In this document: piece by piece, positions 40,251-50,154 of the stretch
Layout: the number at the start of each line of letters is the position of its first letter
How positions within the stretch are numbered: position 1 is the first letter of the stretch
Assembly (NCBI GenBank): GCA_965206645.1
Contig: CBDBKE010000004.1
Location: forward strand, 2,156,642 to 2,220,641
Direction of reading: 5' to 3'
DNA from: Terriglobia bacterium
GTDB taxonomy: Bacteria > Acidobacteriota > Terriglobia > JAJPHL01 > JAPKYU01
Length of the DNA stretch: 64,000 nt
Notes under the pieces: model-generated
What the model saw: only the letters and a program-made list of their open reading frames with translations
Databases searched by the model: none
Told to the model about the DNA's origin: nothing
Position numbers and translations under genes: made by a program

Positions 40251-40357
40251 CTGCCAAGTCGGAGCCAACTCTTGCCGTATTAGGAAGGCCGCCGCTGATC
40301 ACCGAGGGACAGATCGTGGCTGAAACCGCGTTCTGAGTGTGAGGGGAAAGAGAACTC

Positions 40358-41191
40358 TCACGGGTCACGGCGTTTCGGTGGGGCAGCTGACACGCCTTCT
40401 AAGCCTCCACTGACTCTGAGCACCTCGCCCGTGATCCAAGAGGCTGCCGGACTGCACAGAAAAGCAACGCTCCGTGCGATATCGGCTGGCTCTCCCCATC
40501 GCCCCAGCGGGATAGCGCTGCGAATGCGCTCAATCATCTGATCCTCGGTGAGATTCAGGGTTTGGCAGCGCTGCGCCATGATGGTCTTGTTAAATTCCGT
40601 ACAGACAGGACCCGGACTCACGGCGTTTACCCGCACGCCGTAGGCGGCAAGCTCCAGTGCCAGCGTCTTGGTCAGACTGATCACACCGGCCTTGGCCACG
40701 TTGTAGGCCGCGACCAGCGCTGCTGGATTCTGGCCGTTGATGGAGACAATATTGACGATACACCCGGATCCCTGCCGCTCCATGATTCGTGCTGCGGCGC
40801 GGCAACAATAGAACGTTCCGGTCAAGGTGACACCTGGGACGCGTGCCCATTCCTGGTCTGTCAGATGGACGACCGGGGCGACGTCTTGTCCAACACCGGC
40901 ATTGTTGACCAGAATGTCCAACCGACCGTATTCAGCAACTGTCCTGTCGAAGAACTCGGTCACCCCACTACTAGCGGAGATATCCAAACGGGCTGGCTGC
41001 ACATTCAGACCTTGCTCCCGCAACTTTTGGGCCGATGCCTGTGCATTTTCCAGTCTGATGTCACCCATGATCACCCCGGCGCCGTCGCAGGCAAGCTGCT
41101 CAGCGATCCCCAAGCCCAGCCCCTGGGCCGCTCCGGTCACCACCGCAACTAAGCCATCCAGCCTATGCAAAGAAGTCGTACCTTCACTCAT
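40358..41191 (-). CDS. Short-chain dehydrogenase/reductase (FabG-like)
   Basis: TGAAQGLG, NNAG, YNVAK, NAVSPG and IPLGRWG. Confidence 0.93.
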   Translation of the reverse strand: MSEGTTSLHRLDGLVAVVTGAAQGLGLGIAEQLACDGAGVIMGDIRLENAQASAQKLREQGLNVQPARLDISASSGVTEFFDRTVAEYGRLDILVNNAGVGQDVAPVVHLTDQEWARVPGVTLTGTFYCCRAAARIMERQGSGCIVNIVSINGQNPAALVAAYNVAKAGVISLTKTLALELAAYGVRVNAVSPGPVCTEFNKTIMAQRCQTLNLTEDQMIERIRSAIPLGRWGEPADIARSVAFLCSPAASWITGEVLRVSGGLEGVSAAPPKRRDP

Positions 41192-41300
41192 GAACGAACT
41201 CCCTTGATGACTTATCCCCGTCCAGCAAAACTACAGAGTCGGCCACAGTTACCACATGACCGATCCGGCCAATGGGCGTCAAGGTCTTACTCATTGGGTT

Positions 41301-41612
41301 TCATGGGCGGTCTCGGAGCGGCATTAACTCTCGGCATTTGGTAACGAAAGCATCAAGATTATCAGGGACGAATCTAATGCGCGGTGGCCAACCTCGCCTC
41401 CGGACGTACACGTGTGGATGGAACGTGGCCCAATCGTTATTGTACGACCACCAAGTCTCAATCGGGCGACGGAAAGCATCGGCAGCCACCGGCTTGGGAC
41501 GTACGCCGATCTCGATGATCTTGTCGAATGGAATCTTGATCGTGTGGAAAAGAATCCGTGCTTCCAGCTCAATTCGGTCGCGGTAGATACGATACTCTTG
41601 ACGCCAACTGAG
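41301..41612 (-). pseudogene. C-terminal part of a hypothetical (PH-domain-like) gene truncated by IS1380
   Basis: The open frame LSWRQEYRIYRDRIEL...IKIPFDKI starts at the IS boundary; the ORF-track N-terminus comes from IS sequence. Confidence 0.45.
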
Positions 41613-41717
41613 CCCGGATTTCCGTTTTGAAACTCCAAAGCTAACCTTATACTGACCTCCGACGCCAATATTTATGCCGGTTCCAGCGTCAATACAGCTT
41701 CCGGAGGTAGAAACCGA

Positions 41718-43046
41718 GTGGGTGAGAGGCAAAATCAGCCCTTTCAGTTCTCTTTCAATGCTGCATTGAAGGTCGATTTCCAGGGGTCGCGGGTTACTTC
41801 CGACGGCGGCCTGATCCTCGTGCGCGAATCAGACGAACATTTGGGATTCGGAGAACTCATCAAACAGCACTTGGCCGATCCTCGGAGAAAGAACACACGG
41901 TTGCCCTTTGCTGACCTCCTGCGCCAGTCCGTGTACAGCCGCTTGGCGGGTTACGAAGATATGAATGACGCGGAACGGCTCTCTCAAGATCCGACGTTCC
42001 GGCTGATCGGTTCAGAAAAGATCTGGGAGCGAGGAGCCGCGTTGACTTCCCGGCTGCAATCGTTCGAGACAGAACTACTGACGCAAGATGAGAACCTGGC
42101 TGGTTTGGCAGCGATCAACCGGGATTTAATCGCCAGGGCGGAAGCTATGGATTCCCCGCAACGGGTGGTGCTGGACATGGACTCGACCGAGATTCCGGTC
42201 TACGGCCAGCAGGAGCAGAGTGCCTACAACGGGCATTTCGAGTCGAGCTGCTATCACCCGTTGTTGCTGTTCAATCGCGAGGGTGACTGTCTGGCGGCCA
42301 AGCTGCGACCGGGCAACGTGCACAGCGCCGAGGACTGGAAAGAACTTCTCCTGCCGGAGATCGAGCGGCAGCAGCAGCTGGGCAAGGAAGTGGTGTTTCG
42401 TGCCGACGCGGCCTTTGCCAAGCCGGAGATTTACGAGGCTCTGGAGGAGCGGGAGGTAAAGTACGCCATCCGCATCCCGGCTAACGACAGCCTACAGCGG
42501 GACATTGAGGAGTTGCTGACTCGGCCGGTGGGGAGACCCAGCAAGAAGCCGTTGGTGGAGTTCAAGGGCTTTCTATACCAAGCGGCCAGTTGGAAGACAG
42601 CCCGCAGGGTGGTGGCCAAGGTGGAGCATCATCCAGGGGAGCTGTTCCCGCGAGTAGGGTTTATCGTTACGAACTTGACTCTGCCAAGTCGGGCGGTGAT
42701 GCGGTTTTACAACAAGCGGGGGACAGCGGAGCAGTGGATCAAAGAAGGAGAGCAAGCAGTGAAGATGACGCGGCTCAGTTGTCACCGGTTCCGGTCGAAC
42801 GAGGTCCGGCTGTGGCTCACCATCATTGCCTATAATCTCGGCAACCTGTGGCGGCGACTGGTGCTGCCACAGAGAATCGGGAACTGGTCCCTGACGAGCT
42901 TGCAACAGCGGTTGGTGAAAACGGGAGGACGGCTGGTGAAACATGCGCGATATTACTGGCTTTTGCTGGCCGAAGGGCACTTGAGCCGGAGGCTGTTCAG
43001 CAGCATGCTGCGAACGATCTCGGCACTGCCGCTGCCAGACGGCTAG
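41718..43046 (+). CDS. IS1380 family transposase
   Basis: TSDGGL, GYED.NDA, LDMDST, YNGHF..CYHPL, RADAAF and YNKRGTAEQWIKE. Confidence 0.95.
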   Translation: MGERQNQPFQFSFNAALKVDFQGSRVTSDGGLILVRESDEHLGFGELIKQHLADPRRKNTRLPFADLLRQSVYSRLAGYEDMNDAERLSQDPTFRLIGSEKIWERGAALTSRLQSFETELLTQDENLAGLAAINRDLIARAEAMDSPQRVVLDMDSTEIPVYGQQEQSAYNGHFESSCYHPLLLFNREGDCLAAKLRPGNVHSAEDWKELLLPEIERQQQLGKEVVFRADAAFAKPEIYEALEEREVKYAIRIPANDSLQRDIEELLTRPVGRPSKKPLVEFKGFLYQAASWKTARRVVAKVEHHPGELFPRVGFIVTNLTLPSRAVMRFYNKRGTAEQWIKEGEQAVKMTRLSCHRFRSNEVRLWLTIIAYNLGNLWRRLVLPQRIGNWSLTSLQQRLVKTGGRLVKHARYYWLLLAEGHLSRRLFSSMLRTISALPLPDG

Positions 43047-43205
43047 CGAACCGGGAGAGAGGGTAATTTTAGGTGCTCAGAAGTGGTCGGGCCGGATAAG
43101 TGTCAGCGGCGCGGCAGGCTGGGCAGGCGAACCCCGCACAGCGACTCCGAAGAACAGCCAAAATGTGCCGCACTACCACCTCAAAGAGGCCAGAGCTGTT
43201 TGCGG

Positions 43206-43234
43206 TTGACACGACAGGGTACGAGGCATAGCTT
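43206..43234 (+). promoter_or_regulatory. Putative outward-facing sigma70 promoter in the IS1380 right end
   Basis: TTGACA-17 nt-TAGCTT. The same motif is at 52955-52983 (+, TAGGTT) and 56652-56680 (-). Confidence 0.6.
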
Positions 43235-43543
43235 TTCGGGTGAAGAGGAAGCTCAAAATGGAAATTCCGGCTCAAACACTACCGGAACTTGGGCGAAGAG
43301 GTTCACAGGACTGACTACCAACAAACACAAGCAAGAAAAAACCGCTGCTCGAAGCATTATAGAGCTATCTCCCGGTTCAGAAAGAAATGCAGGGCGCCGA
43401 TTATAGTTGGTTTCTTAAGCCTGGACAATGCCAGATGCGGAGTGGGAGCCTGGAGATGTTGGAGCTATTAGAGGTGTGATCCATCGCCTCATCACGAATG
43501 GGGGACGCGCCCGGAGGGGCGAGAGGTCGCCATAAACTTGCCT

Positions 43544-46003
43544 ATGGTCAGCGAACGGGAAATCCTGGAGTACATTGCGCGGCAGCCAGACCGCCAGGTC
43601 AGCCTCAAGCAACTGCTGCGGGAACTGCGCGCCAGTGGGACCGACCGGCGTGCTCTGAAGGATGGGCTTTCGCGTCTCGTGCGACAAAAGGCCTTGGTCA
43701 AATCGCGCGGACAGTACTTCTCGTTGGCTACCAGCCGCCCGGCAGGCTCGCGGCCTGAGAAAGAGACCCAATTTCTTTCCGGCCGGCTGGTTCGCCACCG
43801 CGATGGATACGGGTTCGTGATCCTGGATAAACTTGTGCCTGGCATGGTGGGCGATGTGTTCGTCGGCCAGCACAGCCTGGGCGACGCCATGCACGGGGAC
43901 CGGGTACTGGTGCGGCTGGGCCGGCTGGACGAGCGCGGGCGCGCTGAAGGGCGCATTCACCAAGTGCTGAAACGCGCCCACGAAACCGTGGTCGGGCAGT
44001 TCCGCTGCGAGCGGCGGGGCAATTTCGTCCTTCCCCACGACGAGCGCCTCCGCGAGGCAATCCGGATTCCCCGCAGCGAGCCGCTGCCCGGCGACGCAAG
44101 ACCCCAGGAGTTGGACAACGCCATTGTCAACGTGGAATTGACCCGCTTCCCCACGGCCAGTAATCCAGCGCAAGGCCGTGTGCTGGAAGTGCTGGGGCGG
44201 CCAGGCGACTTCGGCCTTGACGTCGAGATCATCATCCGCAAGCACCACTTGCCCCATCGATTCCCGACCGAAGTCCTGGAGGAGGCCGAGGCAGTGCCCC
44301 AGTTTCTTTCCTCGGGCGAGCTGGAGGAACGGCTGGATTTCCGCGCTCTCCCCGTGGTGACCATTGACGGGGAGACGGCGCGGGATTTCGATGACGCGGT
44401 CTACGTCGAGCGGTTGGCGAACGGCACCTACCTGCTCCAGGTGCACATCGCCGACGTCAGCCACTACGTGCGCCCCGCGCGCCCGCTGGACCGCGAGGCG
44501 CGGCTGCGCGGTACTTCCGTCTATTTTCCCGACCGGGCCCTCCCGATGCTGCCGGCCGAGCTTTCCAGCGGCATCTGCTCGCTGAATCCTCATGTGGACC
44601 GGCTGGTCGTCTCCTGCCTGATGGAGATTGACGGGCGGGGGGAAGTGGTTGGGCAACAACTGCGGGAAGGGGTGATCCGCAGCGCTGAGCGCATGACCTA
44701 CACCAACGTCAACCTGGTGTTGGAAGGCGACCCGGGCCTGAGCGCCCGCTACGCGCCCCTGATCCCCCCGTTTGAACGGATGAAGGAGCTGGCCTTGATC
44801 CTGAACGAAAAGCGCCGCCGGCGCGGCTCGATTGATTTCGACCTGCCGGAAGCGGAAATCCAGTTCGACGAGTTCGGGCAGATGCGCGCCATTACCCGCT
44901 CAGAACGCAACGTCGCTCACCGGATGATTGAGGAGTTCATGCTGGTGGCCAACGAGACGGTGGCCAACCACCTGGCCGGGCTGGCGCTGGCTTCGCTTTA
45001 CCGCATTCACGAGAAGCCGAACCCGAAGAAGGTGATGGAGTTTGAACAACTTGCCGGCAGCTTCGGCTACAGCCTGGGAGTGGCGGGCCTGTCGGTCGAA
45101 CGCTTTCGAATCCGCTCGGGAGAGGGAGCCGGGCGGCGTAGCCGCTTTGGGCACCCACGCGGGCCACGGTTCGCGCAACAGTGGGAGCTGCCTGCCGAAA
45201 TTCCTGTTACTCCGCGCCACTATCAACGGCTCACCGATGCCATTGCTGGCAAACCGGAAGAGCGAATCCTGTCCTACCTGATGCTACGCTCGCTCAAGCA
45301 GGCGCGGTATTCGGAGCAGAACAGCGGACACTTTGCACTCGCCTGCCCTGGCTACACCCATTTCACTTCTCCCATCCGTCGCTACCCGGATTTGATCGTC
45401 CACCGCATCTTGAAAGCGGTGTTGCACGATTGGGAACCGACCGGTGCAGGCCCCCGGGGACGCCGCAGGAAGCCGGCGGCGCGTCCCGGCCCCACATTCT
45501 CAGCCAGTGAAGGCCCAGCCAATGAGGGCTCAGCCAGTGAAGGCCCAGCCAATGCCAAGGGCTCAGCCAGTGAAGGCCCAGCCAATGAGGGCTCAGCCAG
45601 TGAAGGCCCAGCCAGTGAAGGGCCGATCCCGGAAGCAGAGCTGAAACTAGTGGCCGAGGAGACGTCCGATTCTGAACGACGCGCCCAAGACGCCGAGCGC
45701 GAGCTACTGGAATGGAAAAAAGTGGCCTTCCTGGCGGAGCGAATGGGCGAGGAATTCGAGGGGTTGGTGGTGAATGTGACCCGGTTCGGCTTCTTCGTCG
45801 AACTCACCGAGATGTTTGTGGAAGGCCTGGTACACGCCGACAGCCTCACCGACGACCGCTACGTTTTCCGCGAGTCCACTCACGAGTGGGCCGGAGAGCG
45901 AAGCAAGCGCCGCTTCCGGCTGGGCGACCAGGTTCGGGTTCTGGTGGATCGTGTAGATCCCGTGGCCCGGCAGATCTACTTTGCCCTGGCTCCTCAGGAC
46001 TAG
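43544..46003 (+). CDS. rnr: Ribonuclease R
   Basis: HRDGYGFV, TIDGETARDFDDA, VHIADVSHYV, IEEFML, HFTSPIRRYPDL and an S1 domain. Confidence 0.96.
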   Translation: MVSEREILEYIARQPDRQVSLKQLLRELRASGTDRRALKDGLSRLVRQKALVKSRGQYFSLATSRPAGSRPEKETQFLSGRLVRHRDGYGFVILDKLVPGMVGDVFVGQHSLGDAMHGDRVLVRLGRLDERGRAEGRIHQVLKRAHETVVGQFRCERRGNFVLPHDERLREAIRIPRSEPLPGDARPQELDNAIVNVELTRFPTASNPAQGRVLEVLGRPGDFGLDVEIIIRKHHLPHRFPTEVLEEAEAVPQFLSSGELEERLDFRALPVVTIDGETARDFDDAVYVERLANGTYLLQVHIADVSHYVRPARPLDREARLRGTSVYFPDRALPMLPAELSSGICSLNPHVDRLVVSCLMEIDGRGEVVGQQLREGVIRSAERMTYTNVNLVLEGDPGLSARYAPLIPPFERMKELALILNEKRRRRGSIDFDLPEAEIQFDEFGQMRAITRSERNVAHRMIEEFMLVANETVANHLAGLALASLYRIHEKPNPKKVMEFEQLAGSFGYSLGVAGLSVERFRIRSGEGAGRRSRFGHPRGPRFAQQWELPAEIPVTPRHYQRLTDAIAGKPEERILSYLMLRSLKQARYSEQNSGHFALACPGYTHFTSPIRRYPDLIVHRILKAVLHDWEPTGAGPRGRRRKPAARPGPTFSASEGPANEGSASEGPANAKGSASEGPANEGSASEGPASEGPIPEAELKLVAEETSDSERRAQDAERELLEWKKVAFLAERMGEEFEGLVVNVTRFGFFVELTEMFVEGLVHADSLTDDRYVFRESTHEWAGERSKRRFRLGDQVRVLVDRVDPVARQIYFALAPQD
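45500..45622 (+). repeat. In-frame VNTR in rnr, 15-bp unit x ~8 (30-bp higher-order unit)
   Basis: CAGCCA(G/A)TGA(A/G)GGC(C/T) units encoding SASEGPANEG repeats. Confidence 0.92.
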
Positions 46004-46114
46004 CCGGAAACCTCGTGTCCAGGCAGCTTGAAGTCTGGCAGCTACGAAGCGGTCAGCGCCGGAGCATTTCCAGGGACAGAGCCTCAGCACCTGGTGAGTC
46101 GGCTGACGCGCTCA

Positions 46115-46537
46115 CTACTCCACTTCGACCATCAGGTCATCCCAATGCCGCTCTGTGATTTCTCATCGACGCTGCTCATTTTTGCGCAATTCCTCCTGGT
46201 TAGGGAAAAGGCGCCGCAAGATTTTCTGGTTGTGTTCTTCGTCGCCCAGCACGGCAAAACTGGAAAAGCGCAGCAGGACCCTGAAGTGTCATTCAGGTCC
46301 GCCCTGGTGCATGTGCGGCCGGAAAATCGCAATGGACAGCAGTCGCTCCTCCTTTTGCAATTCCTCGAGCAGCGGGAGGTGCCATTTCTTGTAGAGCGCC
46401 AACCACTCCTCACTTTTGCCCGGCGCGATCTTGTAATGGTTCTCAATGACGGGCTGGGAGGGTTGGGCCACCGACGCGACCGCAAACAGCCCGGTGAGGG
46501 TCAGGGCCAGGGCGCAATGGGCTACCGTTCGGCGCAT
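46115..46537 (-). pseudogene. Secreted NIPSNAP-like small protein with two in-frame TGA codons
   Basis: GGAGGAG RBS and signal peptide. A single frame reads ...HQGGPE*HFRVLL...EQRR*EITERHWDDLMVEVE-TAG, with TGA at 46289-46291 and 46163-46165. Confidence 0.7.
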
Positions 46538-46631
46538 CTTCTCCTCCGAAAAAAATCCCTGCCCGATGGCCGGGCAGGGCGGATACATCCCTGGTGGATA
46601 CATCCTGGTAGATACGTCCCGGGGGTTGAGC

Positions 46632-47144
46632 CTACTCCAGTTCGGGCAGCTTTAGGTTCGCTTTGGAGAGAGCTCGCTCCACGAGCGCCTCAGCCTGCCG
46701 ATCTTGCAAGCGTTTCACAACGGCCAGCTCGCTGATCACCAGGTGGCGCGCTCGGTCGAGCATCTTCTTTTCCCGGAAGGAAAGCGGTTTGGAACGGCCC
46801 AGCATCAGAAGGCTTTTCATCACCTCGGCTACATGCGACAGGGACCCGTCGCGCATTTTTTCCGAGTTCTCCTTGAACCGCCACTTCCAGTCGGAATGGC
46901 TCCGGCAATTGCCGTTGGACAGATAGGCGAGGACGAGCCCCACTTCGGCCTCTTTCACGATCCTGCGAAGGCCGACGGTCACGACACCGGCAACGGGGAC
47001 CATAACAGTCAGACTGCTGGAATTGATCCGCAAAAGGTAGAACTTTTCGCTTTCTCCGGAGATGTTGCGGTTGCTGATTTGTTCGATGGTTCCAACCCCA
47101 TGATTGGGATAGACAACTTTATCTCCAACACGGAAATTCACCAT
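46632..47144 (-). CDS. carD: CarD family transcriptional regulator
   Basis: FRVGDKVVYPNHGVG, VGLR, W..RFKEN..K and LSFREKKML..AR..VISEL. Confidence 0.92.
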   Translation of the reverse strand: MVNFRVGDKVVYPNHGVGTIEQISNRNISGESEKFYLLRINSSSLTVMVPVAGVVTVGLRRIVKEAEVGLVLAYLSNGNCRSHSDWKWRFKENSEKMRDGSLSHVAEVMKSLLMLGRSKPLSFREKKMLDRARHLVISELAVVKRLQDRQAEALVERALSKANLKLPELE

Positions 47145-47443
47145 AATGAGTTATACCCCGCTGCAGACCCGTCTCGGGGAAACTAGGTCTGTCTTCCTGG
47201 GCTGGATTTAACAACTAATTTTACTCATGAAAGCATACAAATGTCAATGGAAAGAAAAATGAAACCCACGCCTGGCGCGGCTTTCCGGCAACATTGGCCG
47301 CTGCCGGTCTCTCGAACAGTCCCGCTGGCGCAAGGTCGTGGTGATCTCCGCGCTCACTGGAACACTGCCAGTCTAGTTGAGAATTTCGGCTGGGTTTGAC
47401 TCGGCTGGATTTGACAGGGATGAAAACCGAGCCCGCTATTTGT

Positions 47444-48940
<1,497 letters not shown>

Positions 48941-49161
48941 AAGGGGTGTGAGCCCCCATTATAGCCTGTCCCGCCGCGAGTCCGACTGGCCGGTCTCCTG
49001 GATCACGCTAAGAAGCTGTTGCCAGACTACTGGGGCGGGATCCTGGTATAATCCGCAGCGAAATTGAGCGGCTCGTGGGTTAACCGGCGCGTAATTGTGT
49101 CGGCCGGGCGGACATCAAACGGAAGGCATCCAAACGGAAGAAACCGGGAAAAGAGGAGAAT

Positions 49162-49965
49162 ATGGCTTTGTACCCTGCCAAGCAGAAGCTCTCCGCTGGG
49201 AAGATAGTTTGCGGAACGATGCTGACCGAGTGCTTGCGGCCGGAAATGGTGACCGCGCTGGCCGCCTCCGGCGTCGACTTCTTCATCATCGACACCGAGC
49301 ACTCGCCAGGCGACCTGCACGAGATCGAAGCGCTGGTGCGGGCGAGCCGTCAGTTCGGCATCGCCCCGTTGGTGCGCATCACCGACAACGTGTCGTACTT
49401 GATTACCCGCGTGTTGGACTGCGGAGCGGCCGGCGTAGTTGCGCCACGCGTTGACTCGGCCGAAGAAGCACGACGCATCGTCGATGCAGTGAAGTATCCG
49501 CCGCAGGGGCGCCGCGGCTTCGGCATGCGCGGCATCATTACCGATTTCCGAGGCGCGAGCACAGCTGAAAGTGTCGAGGCCAGCAATCGTGAAACCATTG
49601 TGGTGATCCAGGTGGAGAGCGGCGAGGCTCTGGAGAACCTGGACAAGATCGTGGCAGTGCCTGGCATTGACGCCACCATGATCGGGCCGCAGGACCTCTC
49701 CATCTCGCTGGGCGTGCCCGGCCAGTTGGCGCACGCCAAGCTGAAGGCAGCCTACCAGCGCGTGGTGGAGGTGTGCCAGCGCAGCCCCGTCGCCGCCGGC
49801 ATCCACATGGGCGATGCGGCTCGCCTCAACGAGCTGCGCGGGGATGGCTATCGCTTGCTGGCCTACTCCACCGACTTGGCGCTGATGATGAAGTCGCTGA
49901 AAGAGGGGATCGAGGCCGTCCGTGGTGCGGGGGCGGCGTCGCCCACCAGTGCCGGAATGTACTGA
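49162..49965 (+). CDS. HpcH/HpaI family class II aldolase
   Basis: IIDTEH, VLDCGA.GVVAP, KYPPQGRRG, QVES and IGPQDLS; TATAAT at about 49046. Confidence 0.9.
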   Translation: MALYPAKQKLSAGKIVCGTMLTECLRPEMVTALAASGVDFFIIDTEHSPGDLHEIEALVRASRQFGIAPLVRITDNVSYLITRVLDCGAAGVVAPRVDSAEEARRIVDAVKYPPQGRRGFGMRGIITDFRGASTAESVEASNRETIVVIQVESGEALENLDKIVAVPGIDATMIGPQDLSISLGVPGQLAHAKLKAAYQRVVEVCQRSPVAAGIHMGDAARLNELRGDGYRLLAYSTDLALMMKSLKEGIEAVRGAGAASPTSAGMY

Positions 49966-50088
49966 GGCAAGAAAGAGTGCTGCGCGGAAGAGAAGCTCGG
50001 CAAGATTGCGAGTTCCAGTCTCGTTCGATTTTTCCCCAAACTTAAGTGGTTCGTGAGAAGGATCCGGCTGCGTGCTGGCGCGCAGCCG

Positions 50089-50154
50089 ACGCTCTTCAGG
50101 GTCGCGGCTCAGTCCCTCGTCTGGGCGACAGAGCCGCTCGAGTCAGCAAGCGGT
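50089..50154. repeat. REP-like inverted doublet, family B (second copy)
   Basis: GGTCGCGGCTC...GAGCCGC...GTCAGCAAGCGGT; shares a 13-bp exact match with 26759-26771. Confidence 0.6.

Larger units (their letters stand above)
41613..43270 (+). mobile_element. IS1380 family insertion sequence, copy 1 (1658 bp)
   Basis: Terminal IRs CCCGGATTTCCGTTTTGA / TCAAAATGGAAATTCCGG; single DDE transposase. Flanks CTGAG and CTCAA do not form a duplication. Confidence 0.95.

Noticed and set aside
43271-43490. Continuation of the gene interrupted at 41612 on the far side of IS1380 copy 1
   Set aside because: There is no target duplication and no convincing in-frame join; it appears to be unrelated low-GC remnant DNA.
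45500-45622. Repeat in rnr as CRISPR
   Set aside because: The units are head-to-tail with no unique spacers and lie in frame within a coding sequence.
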